From assembly GCA_040007735.1 (NCBI GenBank), contig JBDTUL010000001.1, positions 3,933-67,932 of the forward strand: DNA of 64,000 nt. Direction: 5' to 3'. This stretch comes from Gammaproteobacteria bacterium (GTDB lineage: Bacteria; Pseudomonadota; Gammaproteobacteria; Steroidobacterales; Steroidobacteraceae). This document shows, one piece after another, positions 1 to 8,838 of the stretch; the stretch's first letter is position 1, and each line of letters opens with the position of its first letter. Under the pieces are notes generated by a model. It had not been told where the DNA came from, searched no databases, and worked only from the letters and a program-made list of their open reading frames with translations. The position numbers and the translations under genes are program-made.

Positions 1-1
1 G

Positions 2-190
2 CCGGACCAGCCGCGCCGAGTCGTGTTCCAGTGCGGCAGCGGCAAGCGCTCGGCGATGGCCGCAACCGCAAGACTCGCGGCTGGGGCTCCCGGCGCCGCG
101 CATCTCGCGGGCGGAATCGGTGCGTGGATCGCGGCAGGGCTGCCAGTCGTGCACATCGATCCAGCCACCGGCAAGCCGGTGCCTAAGTAG
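2..190 (+). CDS. rhodanese-like sulfurtransferase, C-terminal part (5' end outside window)
   Basis: Frame open from the window edge to TAG at 188-190. Translation ...VVFQCGSGKRSAMAA...AGGIGAWIAAGLPV shows a rhodanese active-site loop (C-x4-R-S). Confidence 0.65.
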   Translation, partial: PDQPRRVVFQCGSGKRSAMAATARLAAGAPGAAHLAGGIGAWIAAGLPVVHIDPATGKPVPK

Positions 191-283
191 AAATGCCGTG
201 GGGCCCGACAAGCCTACGGATGTGAACGAATGCCACGTCCTGAAGAATCCTCGACGATATTCCTGACCGCTACAGGTGCCATC

Positions 284-487
284 ATGACAATCGACCGCAT
301 CGTGCTTGCCTTCGCGGGCACCATGACTCTCCTGAGCCTCGCGCTCGGCTACTACGTCAGCCCTTACTGGCTGCTGCTTGCCGGATTCGTGGGCCTCAAT
401 CTGTTGCAGTCCTCTTTCACGGGGTTCTGCCCGCTCGCGATCATCCTCAAGAAACTCGGCTTCACGCCGGGCGTGGCGTTCAGCTGA
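284..487 (+). CDS. DUF2892 / YgaP-C-terminal-like small membrane protein
   Basis: ORF 230..487, with the likely ATG at 284 (MTIDRIVLAFAGTMTLLSLALG...FTGFCPLAIILKKLG). Two predicted TM helices. The stop at 485-487 abuts the next start at 489. Confidence 0.65.
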   Translation: MTIDRIVLAFAGTMTLLSLALGYYVSPYWLLLAGFVGLNLLQSSFTGFCPLAIILKKLGFTPGVAFS

Positions 488-488
488 T

Positions 489-1574
489 ATGCGCCGCGCA
501 GCGCGGATCGGCCAGTGGGTGAGCTTCGCCGCTACAATGGTGGCGCTCGGCGGCTGTAGCGGGTCGGGACCGAGCTTGCAGCCTGGCGTGCAGTCCACTC
601 CGCTCGACTCCGTCGTGGTCAAAGCCGAGCGCACGCCGCTCGAACGGCGGCTGGATGGCACCATCGAGGCTGTCAACCAAGGTACCGTGGCGGCACAGAC
701 CTCGGGCCGCGTTGCGGCCCTCTTCTATGATGTGAACGACTTCGTGCCTGCGGGCGCGGTCATCGCGCGCCTGCGCGCCACCGAGCAGCGCGTCGGCATG
801 CTGCAGGCAGAAGCAGCCTTGCGCGAAGCGACTGCGCGCGAGGCGGAAGCACAGGCGCGCTACCAGCGAGTGTCAGACATGTACGACCGCAAGGTCGTAG
901 CAAAGGCCATGCTCGACGAAGCAACCGCAAACCGCGACGCTGCGGTGGCACGGCTGGCCGCGGCACGTGCTGGCCTCGAAAGTGCGCGGGAAGGCGTCGC
1001 GTATACAGAAATCCGAGCCCCTTACGCAGGCATCGTGACGAAGCGCAACGTTCAGGTGGGTGAGACCGTCGCCCCGGGCACATCCATCATGAGCGGTCTA
1101 TCCCTGCAGTTCCTGCGAGTTGCTGTGGATGTGCCGCAGTCTATCGTGGAGCAGGTTCGGAACATCCGCAAAGCCGCCGTGTACGTGAACGGGCGCCGCG
1201 TCGAAGCCACGAAGCTCACGGTCTTTCCAGAAGCGTCGACGCCGTCGAACACCTTCCGCGCGCGGCTCGAGCTGCCAGAGAATGCGACAGATCTTTACCC
1301 GGGCATGTTCGTCAAGGTCGGGTTCATCGTCGGCGATGCGGATCGACTTCTGGTGCCGGCCCGCGCGCTGGTCGAGCGCAGCGAGGTCACGGCGGTCTAT
1401 GTCGTCGATGCGAGCGGTCGCACCTCCCTGCGACAGCTGCGCACCGGTCATCGCTTCGACGAGAAGGTCGAGGTGCTGGCCGGGCTTCGCGAAGGTGAGC
1501 GAGTCGCCGTCGACCCGGTCGCCGCCATGAAGCAACTCAAGCCCGTCACCCCGGTCCAGGGCGACGCCAAGTGA
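489..1574 (+). CDS. efflux RND periplasmic adaptor (membrane fusion protein), lipoprotein
   Basis: ORF 378..1574 trimmed to ATG 489. This gives a lipoprotein signal MRRAARIG...VALGGCSG. HlyD-type coiled coil (LQAEAALREATAREAEAQARYQR) followed by beta-barrel regions. Confidence 0.85.
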   Translation: MRRAARIGQWVSFAATMVALGGCSGSGPSLQPGVQSTPLDSVVVKAERTPLERRLDGTIEAVNQGTVAAQTSGRVAALFYDVNDFVPAGAVIARLRATEQRVGMLQAEAALREATAREAEAQARYQRVSDMYDRKVVAKAMLDEATANRDAAVARLAAARAGLESAREGVAYTEIRAPYAGIVTKRNVQVGETVAPGTSIMSGLSLQFLRVAVDVPQSIVEQVRNIRKAAVYVNGRRVEATKLTVFPEASTPSNTFRARLELPENATDLYPGMFVKVGFIVGDADRLLVPARALVERSEVTAVYVVDASGRTSLRQLRTGHRFDEKVEVLAGLREGERVAVDPVAAMKQLKPVTPVQGDAK

Positions 1575-4500
1575 GCGAGCCACTCGGTTTCAGTGGGCGA
1601 CTGGCGGCGCGATTCCTCGGTAATCCACTGTCTCCGTTGATTGCGCTCGCAGCGCTGCTCCTGGGCGTCTTCGCCGTGCTCGTGACGCCACGCGAAGAGG
1701 AGCCGCAGATCGACGTCACGTTCGCGAATATCTTCGTGCCCTTCCCCGGCGCTTCCGCGGAGCAGGTGGAGAACCTGGTCGCTTCGCCCATGGAGAAAGT
1801 CCTGGACGAAATCTCGGGCGTCGAGCACATCGCGTCGGCATCCCGGCCGGGCATGGCTGTGCTCAGCGTGCAGTTCAAGGTGGGTGAGCCGCGCACCGAA
1901 GCGATCGTTCGGCTCTACAACGCCATCTATTCGAACCAGGACTGGCGGCCGGCGAATGCCGGAATCCTCCAGCCTCTCGTCAAGCCGAAAGGCATTGACG
2001 ATGTGCCCATCGTAACGCTGACCCTCTGGACGCAGGATCCCGCCCGCGGCTCGCACGAGCTCGGCCAGGTGGCGCGCTCGATCGAGGCGGAGATCAAGCG
2101 CGTGCCGGGCACGCGAAATGTGTACACGGTGGGCAGTCCGCAAAGCACCGTGCGCGTAGAACTCGATCCGCAGAAGCTCGCAGGCTTCGGCCTCACGGTC
2201 GGCGAGCTCACGCAGGCCCTGCAAGCTGCGAATGTCGTACAGCACGCCGGCGCGCTGGTGGGCGCGGATCACGTTACACCGGTCGACGCCGGTCGCTTCC
2301 TCGCGGATCGTGACGACGTCGCCGGGCTCGTGGTCGGCGCGAGCCAGGGCAAGCCCGTGTTCCTCGAAGACGTCGCCACTATCATCTCCGGCGCGGATCA
2401 GCCCAGCTCTTATGTATGGCTCGGCACCGGCCCGGGCGCGGCCACGAGCGGGCTTCCAGCCATCGCCCATGCCCCCGCAGTCACAATCGCCATCTCAAAG
2501 AAGCCGGGCGAGAACGCCATCGACGTGGCGAACCATGTGGTCCGGCGCGTCGAGCAGCTACGCGGCACTTTCATCCCGGAGGGCATCGAGGCGACCGTCA
2601 CACGCAACTACGGCGTCACCGCGAACGATAAGGCCGTGAAGCTCATTGAAAAGCTGCTCTTCGCCACAGGCTCCGTCGTGCTGCTCGTGGTGCTCACGAT
2701 GGGCCGCCGCGAAGCGGTGGTGGTGGGTGCGGCCGTCGTGGTCACGCTCGCCGCAACCCTCTTTGCCTCATGGGCGTGGGGATTCACCATCAACCGGGTG
2801 TCACTGTTCGCGCTCATTTTCTCCATCGGCATTCTCGTGGACGATGCCATCGTCATCGTGGAGAACATCCATCGGCACATGCGACTGGGTGGCGGCGCAC
2901 TCACGCAAATCATTCCGCGCGCCGTCGACGAAGTGGGCGGCCCGACGATTCTGGCGACGTTTACCGTAATCGCCGCGCTCCTGCCGATGGCCTTCGTCAG
3001 CGGCCTCATGGGCCCATACATGAGCCCCATCCCGATCAACTCCAGCATGGGCATGCTCATCTCGCTCGCCGTGGCGCTCGTCTTTACGCCGTGGATGTGC
3101 CGGAAGCTGCTTGGCTCTCACGCCGTCGCCCATACGGAAGCCGAGAGCGCGTGGCTGCGCAGGTTGTTCGAGCGCTTCCTTCGTCCGTTTCTCGGCGATG
3201 CACCTGCACGCGGCCGCCGCCACAAGCTCTACTGGGGCGTGCTCGCCGCCATCGTGATCGCGGTGGGCCTGACGGTGGTGAAGCTCGTCGTGATGAAGAT
3301 GCTTCCGTTCGACAACAAGTCGGAATTCCAGGTCGTCGTCAATCTGCCGGAAGGCTCCACGCTCGAGACCACCGCACAAGTGCTCGATGAGCTGTCGCAC
3401 GCCGTCGAACAGGTTCCGGAAGTGAGCGACTATCAGGCCTACGCCGGCACCGCCGCGCCGATCAACTTCAACGGGCTCGTGCGCCAGTACTACCTGCGCG
3501 AGAGCCCGGAGCTCGGCGACCTTCAGGTGAACCTGGTCGACAAACATCATCGCTCGCGCAAGAGCCACGACATCGCGCTGGCCGTGCGTCCTGCGCTTGC
3601 GGCCATCGGCAGGAAATACGGCGCATCAGTCCAGGTGGTTGAAGTGCCGCCGGGTCCACCGGTGCTGGCGCCGCTCGTCGCGGAGATCTACGGCCCTAGC
3701 TATCAGGACCAGCGCCGTGTCGCAGCCGAAGTACGCAAGCTCTTCAACGCGACACCGGACATCGTGGATACGGACGACAGCCTCGAAGCACCTGCGGAGC
3801 GCTACATCGTCGAAGTCGACCGGCAGAAGGCCGCGCTCCTCGGCGTTGCGCAGGATCAAGTCGTCCAGACCATCGCCGCCGCGCTCGCAGGCGCCGACGC
3901 AACCTATGTGCACACGGGGCGTGAGCGATATCCCATACCGGTTCGCATCGAACTGCCGGTAGCGGACAAGGCGGACATCGGCTCAATGCTCGCGCTGGAA
4001 GTGCGCACCACGAACGGCGCCTCAGTGCCCCTCTCAGAGCTTGTGACTGTGCGCAAGGCCACGTGGGACGGAGCGATCTACCACAAGGACCTGCTGCCTG
4101 TCGTCTACGTCACGGGCGACATGGCCGGCAAGCTCGACAGCCCGCTCTACGGCATGTTCTCGATGGTCGGAAAGATCAGCCGCGACCCGCCGGGCGGCGC
4201 GCCCATCGCACAACGATTCGTGAGCCAGCCCGACGACCCGAGCTCACTCGCCATCAAATGGGATGGCGAGTGGCAGATCACCTACGAAACTTTCCGTGAC
4301 ATGGGTCTCGCGTACTCGGTGGGCCTCGTGCTCATCTACCTGCTCGTCGTTGCGCAGTTTGGCTCCTACGCGCTGCCGCTCATCATCATGGCGCCCATAC
4401 CGCTCACTATCATCGGCGTGATGCCGGGGCACGCACTGCTCGGCGCGCAGTTCACCGCCACTTCGATGATCGGAATGATCGCGCTGGCGGGCATCATCGT

Positions 4501-4795
4501 GCGCAACTCGATCCTTCTCGTGGACTTCATCGACACGGAGATCAAGACGGGCCGCAGCCTCGAAGACGCCGTGGTGCGCGCGGGAACGATCCGCGCGAAG
4601 CCGATAGCGCTGACCGCACTCGCTGCGATGATCGGCGCGTTTTTCATCCTCGACGACCCGATCTTCAACGGCCTCGCAGTGTCGCTGATTTTCGGCATCC
4701 TGGTTTCGACCGTGCTCACGCTGCTCGTGATCCCGGTTCTTTATTACGCATATCTCAGACGGAAAACCGCGCGCCTCGCGCGCGAGGGGAACTGA
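1571..4795 (+). CDS. efflux RND transporter permease (AcrB/HAE-type)
   Basis: 1074-aa ORF with the 12-TM, two-large-periplasmic-loop layout typical of AcrB-family pumps. Its start overlaps the adaptor stop by 4 nt. Confidence 0.9.
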   Translation: MSEPLGFSGRLAARFLGNPLSPLIALAALLLGVFAVLVTPREEEPQIDVTFANIFVPFPGASAEQVENLVASPMEKVLDEISGVEHIASASRPGMAVLSVQFKVGEPRTEAIVRLYNAIYSNQDWRPANAGILQPLVKPKGIDDVPIVTLTLWTQDPARGSHELGQVARSIEAEIKRVPGTRNVYTVGSPQSTVRVELDPQKLAGFGLTVGELTQALQAANVVQHAGALVGADHVTPVDAGRFLADRDDVAGLVVGASQGKPVFLEDVATIISGADQPSSYVWLGTGPGAATSGLPAIAHAPAVTIAISKKPGENAIDVANHVVRRVEQLRGTFIPEGIEATVTRNYGVTANDKAVKLIEKLLFATGSVVLLVVLTMGRREAVVVGAAVVVTLAATLFASWAWGFTINRVSLFALIFSIGILVDDAIVIVENIHRHMRLGGGALTQIIPRAVDEVGGPTILATFTVIAALLPMAFVSGLMGPYMSPIPINSSMGMLISLAVALVFTPWMCRKLLGSHAVAHTEAESAWLRRLFERFLRPFLGDAPARGRRHKLYWGVLAAIVIAVGLTVVKLVVMKMLPFDNKSEFQVVVNLPEGSTLETTAQVLDELSHAVEQVPEVSDYQAYAGTAAPINFNGLVRQYYLRESPELGDLQVNLVDKHHRSRKSHDIALAVRPALAAIGRKYGASVQVVEVPPGPPVLAPLVAEIYGPSYQDQRRVAAEVRKLFNATPDIVDTDDSLEAPAERYIVEVDRQKAALLGVAQDQVVQTIAAALAGADATYVHTGRERYPIPVRIELPVADKADIGSMLALEVRTTNGASVPLSELVTVRKATWDGAIYHKDLLPVVYVTGDMAGKLDSPLYGMFSMVGKISRDPPGGAPIAQRFVSQPDDPSSLAIKWDGEWQITYETFRDMGLAYSVGLVLIYLLVVAQFGSYALPLIIMAPIPLTIIGVMPGHALLGAQFTATSMIGMIALAGIIVRNSILLVDFIDTEIKTGRSLEDAVVRAGTIRAKPIALTALAAMIGAFFILDDPIFNGLAVSLIFGILVSTVLTLLVIPVLYYAYLRRKTARLAREGN

Positions 4796-4797
4796 AC

Positions 4798-6078
4798 ATG
4801 GCACACATCGTCGTGGTTGGCGCAGGCGTCGGCGGCGTTCCGTGCGCTTACGAGCTTCGCAAGAAACTGGGCAAGGAGCATCGGGTCACGCTCATTGGCT
4901 CGTCGCCCTATTTCGAATTCACGCCATCGAACCCCTGGATCGCGGTGGGCTGGCGCAAGTGCGAACAGACGCGCGTGGAGATGAAGCACCCACTGGAATC
5001 CAAAGGCGTCCAATGGATCGCGGACGCCGTCGAATCGATCGACGCCCCGAAAAACAGCCTGCGCCTGCGCAATGGCGGCGAGGTCGCGTACGACTACCTG
5101 GTCATCGCCACCGGCCCGAAACTGGCCTTCGATGAAGTGCCCGGGCTCGGGCCCTCCGGTTTCACGCAATCCGTCTGCACGCACGAACACGCGTTGCAGG
5201 CGTGGGAGAAGTACCAGGAATTCCTGAAGGATCCGGGGCCCATCATCGTCGGCGCCGCAGGTGGCGCCAGCTGCTTCGGGCCCGCGTATGAGCTCGTGAT
5301 GATCCTCGACGCCGATCTACGCAAACGCAAACTGCGCGACCGCGTGCCCATGACCTTTGTCACGAGCGAGCCCTACATCGGCCACATGGGGCTGGGCGGC
5401 GTCGGCGACAGTAAGGGGCTCATGGAGTCCGAGATGCGGCAGCGGCACATCAAGTGGGTGACGAACGCGAAGGTGTCGAGCGTAACGGCCGGCGAAATGA
5501 AAGTGGTCGAGCACGACGACGAGGGAAAGCCGAAGAAGGAGCACGCACTCCCCTTCAAATACAGCATGGTGATCCCCGCGTTCAAAGGCGTGGATGCCGT
5601 GGCCGGCGTGCCGGAGCTGTGCAATCCGCGCGGCTTCGTGATCATCGATGCGCACCAGCGCTCGAAGAGGTACCAGAACATCTTCTCTGCAGGGGTGTGC
5701 GTGGCCATCCCACCGGTCGAACAGACGCCCGTTCCGACTGGTGCACCGAAAACCGGCTACATGATCGAGTCGATGGTGAGCGCCATCTGCGAGAATATCG
5801 TGGCGGAACTGCAGGGCAAGCCCGCCACCGCCCAGGCCACGTGGAACGCGATCTGCCTTGCGGACTTCGGGGACACCGGCGCGGCGTTTGTCGCCCTGCC
5901 GGAGATTCCCCCACGCAACGTCACCTGGGCGAAAGTGGGCAAGTGGGTGCATCTGGCCAAGGTGGCCTTCGAGAAGTATTTCTTGCGCAAGGTGCGCACG
6001 GGGTCGGTCACGCCGGTGTACGAGAAATACGTGCTCAAGGCGCTCGGCATCGTTTCGCTCAAGCAGGCGCGTCCGTGA
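4798..6078 (+). CDS. sqr: sulfide:quinone oxidoreductase, type I
   Basis: 426 aa. N-terminal FAD fold VVVGAGVGGVP. Full-length resemblance to recalled Acidithiobacillus SQR (FTPSNPWIAVGW, GASCFGPAYE, IPAFKGV, PKTGYMIESMV, HLAKVAFEKYFLRK). The start lies 2 nt after the RND stop. Confidence 0.85.
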   Translation: MAHIVVVGAGVGGVPCAYELRKKLGKEHRVTLIGSSPYFEFTPSNPWIAVGWRKCEQTRVEMKHPLESKGVQWIADAVESIDAPKNSLRLRNGGEVAYDYLVIATGPKLAFDEVPGLGPSGFTQSVCTHEHALQAWEKYQEFLKDPGPIIVGAAGGASCFGPAYELVMILDADLRKRKLRDRVPMTFVTSEPYIGHMGLGGVGDSKGLMESEMRQRHIKWVTNAKVSSVTAGEMKVVEHDDEGKPKKEHALPFKYSMVIPAFKGVDAVAGVPELCNPRGFVIIDAHQRSKRYQNIFSAGVCVAIPPVEQTPVPTGAPKTGYMIESMVSAICENIVAELQGKPATAQATWNAICLADFGDTGAAFVALPEIPPRNVTWAKVGKWVHLAKVAFEKYFLRKVRTGSVTPVYEKYVLKALGIVSLKQARP

Positions 6079-6405
6079 GAAGCGCGGCGCGCTGGTCTGC
6101 CGCGATGCTCACCGCGGTAGTGGTTGCCGGCGCGTTGGCGTCGGGACGGGCCGGGGCTGAGACACTCGATGACGCGTGGCGACTCGCCCTTGAGCACGAT
6201 GATGGGCTGGCCGCAGTAACCGCAGACCTCGAGGGCGCGCGCTCCAGCGAGCGCGCGGCGCGGGCTTCCCGCTGGCCTCGCTCGCCGCGAACGCCGGCTA
6301 TACGCGCTTCAACTCGGCGCCCCAGTTCGACATCGCAGGCTCCGGCGTCGCGCTGCAAGCGCCCCTCTTTTCCGGCGACGACTACGTCTCCGGGGGTGTG
6401 GCGCA
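6075..6405 (+). pseudogene. outer-membrane efflux factor (TolC/OprM family) N-terminal remnant, frameshifted and truncated
   Basis: GTG at 6075 overlaps the sqr stop. Signal-like VRSAARWSAAMLTAVVVAGALASGRAGA is followed by ETLDDAWRLALEHDDGLAAVTADLEGARSSERAARA. After about 6262 the OMF-like sequence continues in another frame (FPLASLAANAGYTRFNSAPQFDIAGSGVALQAPLFSGDDYVSGGVA) and then stops, leaving only about 110 of roughly 450 residues. Confidence 0.55.
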
Positions 6406-6417
6406 GGACACTCCCCT

Positions 6418-6618
6418 ATGTGGTACTTCAGCTGGATTCTGGGATTGGGGTTTGCCATCGCGTTCGGCGTGCCCAACGCCGTCTGGTACGAAATCGGCGG
6501 CGAACGCCTCAAGAGCCGCCCTCGCCTCCCCCCACAACCTGATCAGGAAAACTCATCTTGCATCCCTATCCCCATTCGTATCGTGTCTCGGCGACCGGAG
6601 CCGCCGCAGGCATCGTGA
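6418..6618 (+). CDS. cydX: CydX/YbgT-like small membrane protein (orphan; native stop uncertain)
   Basis: MWYFSWILGLGFAIAFGV... matches the recalled E. coli CydX N-terminus MWYFAWILGTLLACSFGV. No cydA or cydB in the window. The ORF tail past about 35 aa overlaps osmC and is probably not native. Confidence 0.5.
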   Translation: MWYFSWILGLGFAIAFGVPNAVWYEIGGERLKSRPRLPPQPDQENSSCIPIPIRIVSRRPEPPQAS

Positions 6619-7001
6619 CGGTGAGCTCGCCGCAACTTCCGGATCTGGAGACGGCGCCACCGCCGCAGTTCGACGGCCCGGGCAACGTCTGGTCGCCGGA
6701 AGGTCTGCTGTGTGCGGCGGTTGCCGATTGCTTCATCCTGACTTTTCGCGGCGTGAGCCGTGCGGCCCGCTTCGAGTGGCTGACGCTTGAATGCCGTGTC
6801 GAGGGCACTCTGGATCGGGCCGAAGGCGGATCCCGGTTCACACGATTTGTAACGTTCGCAACGCTCACGGTTCCTGAAGGTGCCGACCCAGTCAAAGCGC
6901 GCGCATTGCTGGAGCGTGCCGAGCAAAGCTGCCTGATCTCGAATTCATTGCGGGGCGACCGCACGCTCGAAGCCGAAGTAGTTGCGACTACGCAAGGGTG
7001 A
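6558..7001 (+). CDS. OsmC/Ohr family peroxiredoxin-like protein
   Basis: 147 aa with the OsmC-family pattern (SPEGLLCAAVADCFILTF ... AEQSCLISNSL) and two conserved Cys. Confidence 0.8.
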   Translation: MHPYPHSYRVSATGAAAGIVTVSSPQLPDLETAPPPQFDGPGNVWSPEGLLCAAVADCFILTFRGVSRAARFEWLTLECRVEGTLDRAEGGSRFTRFVTFATLTVPEGADPVKARALLERAEQSCLISNSLRGDRTLEAEVVATTQG

Positions 7002-7138
7002 CGCCTCGATGATTCGGAGACGCGAATACTGTATGACCCCCATTCAGACCGTGGCGTGACGTCCCCATTCGAATCGAATGGGCAACCGGGCGTCATGGAC
7101 GCCTGCAACCCGAGGAAAGGTCCGGGTTCATGACCCGC

Positions 7139-8533
7139 TCAAATGACTTTTGAGTGAGCGAGGCCGTTGCGTGGCGACAGATAGGCGTCGAATACCATTG
7201 CCACCCTGCGCATGAGCAGGCGCCCTGCCCCGGTCACCCCGATGCATCCAGAGCGAACATAGGTGAGTCCCAGGGATTGCAGCTCCTGAAGCCGCTCGAT
7301 CTCGACGCGGAAATAGCGCTTGAAGTCCACTCCAAAGCGCTTGCCAATCTGTGCGCAATCAATGATCTCGTGACACATCAGCTCCTGAATGACGGCCCGG
7401 CGGATGAGATCGTCGTCGCTGAGCTGCACACCCCGTTGCACGGGCAGGCGCCCCGAATCGATCGCCGCGCCATACTCCGGCAGAGTCTTGAAGTTCTGCG
7501 AATAGGTGTTCCCGACTTTTCCGATGGCGCTCACCCCGAGACCTATCAGGTCATGATCGGCGTGTGTGGAATACCCTTGAAAATTTCGCTGCAGAGACTT
7601 GTCACGCTTCGCATTCACCAACTCATCTGTCGGAAGCGCGAAATGGTCCATACCTATGTATACATATCCGGCAGAAGTGAGTCGCTCGATGGTCAGGCCC
7701 AAAAGCTTCAACCGCAGATCCGCGCCGGGCAACTCCGCCGCATTGATTCGTCTCTGCGCCTTGAAGAGGTGCGGCATGTGAGCATAGGCATACACGGCCA
7801 GTCGGTCCGGCCGTGCCTTGATGACCGATTGCAGCGTCCGTTCAAAGCCGGCCAGTGTCTGGCGAGGCAGGCCGTAAATAAGGTCGAAGCTGACGGACTG
7901 AACGCCCGCATGCCGTATCGCTTCCACGACGTGCAGGGTGTCGGCTTCCGGTTGAATGCGGTTCACAGCGTTCTGTACTTCGGGATCGAAGTCCTGCACG
8001 CCGAGGCTCATGCGATTGAATCCCATCGAGGCGAGCGCGTTCACTGAATCGACGGTTACCGTGCGCGGGTCGATCTCGATCGAATACTCCCTGGCTGCGT
8101 CGCTGGCGAGTCCGAAGTGGCGTGACAGCGTGTCCATCAGTGCCGAAAGGTCTGCTTTATCGAGGAACGTTGGCGTCCCGCCCCCGAAGTGCAGCTGATC
8201 GACCTTGCGTCCCCGGTCGAAAAGCTCAGCCTGCATTTCGATCTCACGGCCCAACCGCGACAGGTAGGCAGAGGACCGTGAACGATCGCGCGTGATGACC
8301 CGGTTGCAGCCGCAGTAGAAACAAGGGCTCGAGCAGAACGGGATGTGAACGTAGATCGAAAGGGGGTTCGCTCCGGAGCGCGCGTTGCTGGCTTGCGCAA
8401 CCTGGCGGTAACTTTCTTCACCGAACTGATCAGTGAATTGCACCGCTGTCGGATACGACGTATAGCGCGGCCCAGCGCAATCGCAACGACGAATCAAATC
8501 TGCATCGAATAGCACGGCGTTCATGCTGTTCAT
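7139..8533 (-). CDS. hemN: oxygen-independent coproporphyrinogen III oxidase (radical SAM)
   Basis: GPRYTSYPTA motif, radical-SAM CxxxCxxC (PFCSSPCFYCGC), and a length close to E. coli HemN. The ORF track start at 8572 is a TTG. ATG 8533 (MNSMNAVLFDADLIRR) aligns better with the HemN N-terminus. Confidence 0.9.
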   Translation of the reverse strand: MNSMNAVLFDADLIRRCDCAGPRYTSYPTAVQFTDQFGEESYRQVAQASNARSGANPLSIYVHIPFCSSPCFYCGCNRVITRDRSRSSAYLSRLGREIEMQAELFDRGRKVDQLHFGGGTPTFLDKADLSALMDTLSRHFGLASDAAREYSIEIDPRTVTVDSVNALASMGFNRMSLGVQDFDPEVQNAVNRIQPEADTLHVVEAIRHAGVQSVSFDLIYGLPRQTLAGFERTLQSVIKARPDRLAVYAYAHMPHLFKAQRRINAAELPGADLRLKLLGLTIERLTSAGYVYIGMDHFALPTDELVNAKRDKSLQRNFQGYSTHADHDLIGLGVSAIGKVGNTYSQNFKTLPEYGAAIDSGRLPVQRGVQLSDDDLIRRAVIQELMCHEIIDCAQIGKRFGVDFKRYFRVEIERLQELQSLGLTYVRSGCIGVTGAGRLLMRRVAMVFDAYLSPRNGLAHSKVI

Positions 8534-8685
8534 GGTAGCGGCGGGACCTGGCTCGGACACTACGTAGAACAACGTGGCCGAATGGCGCGCCGTCTAGGTA
8601 TTCCTCCGCAATTGCCGCGAGCGTTTCCGGCGGGAGCTTTGCCGCGCAAGTCTCGCCATGCGAGTAATCCCGACGTCCTGCGCAG

Positions 8686-8838
8686 TTAGGTGTCGCGCGG
8701 CTCCTCGTCCGACTCGTAACCGTGGGCTGCTTCATCCAGGTTCTCGAATTGGCCGGTGTCGACCGCCCAGAACAGTGACCAGACGGCCACTCCGAGCAGC
8801 ACGAGACTCAGCGGGATCAGGACGAACAGGATGTTCAT
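8686..8838 (-). CDS. ccoS: cbb3 oxidase maturation protein CcoS/FixS
   Basis: 50 aa, MNILFVLIPLSLVLLGVAVWSLFWAVDTGQFENLDEAA..., the typical CcoS. Its ATG overlaps the ccoI stop (ATGA). Confidence 0.85.
   Translation of the reverse strand: MNILFVLIPLSLVLLGVAVWSLFWAVDTGQFENLDEAAHGYESDEEPRDT

Noticed and set aside
1448-2470. 340-aa minus-strand ORF, plus many other 60-250-aa ORFs, lying antisense to or out of frame with the RND pump gene
   Set aside because: It is fully contained in a strongly supported 1074-aa RND gene. Its Arg/Ala/Gly-rich composition is typical of spurious ORFs in high-GC DNA, and no family signature is present.
5454-6542. 362-aa plus-strand ORF overlapping sqr
   Set aside because: It is out of frame with the well-supported SQR gene over most of its length. 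Only its segment from about 6075 to 6260 is meaningful, as the OMF remnant N-terminus.
8560-8567. CTACGTAG palindrome upstream of hemN as a member of the island box family
   Set aside because: It is only an 8-bp core without the CTAAG arm. It lies 27-34 nt from the preferred start codon, or inside the ORF if the TTG at 8572 is used. That is too little evidence to count it.
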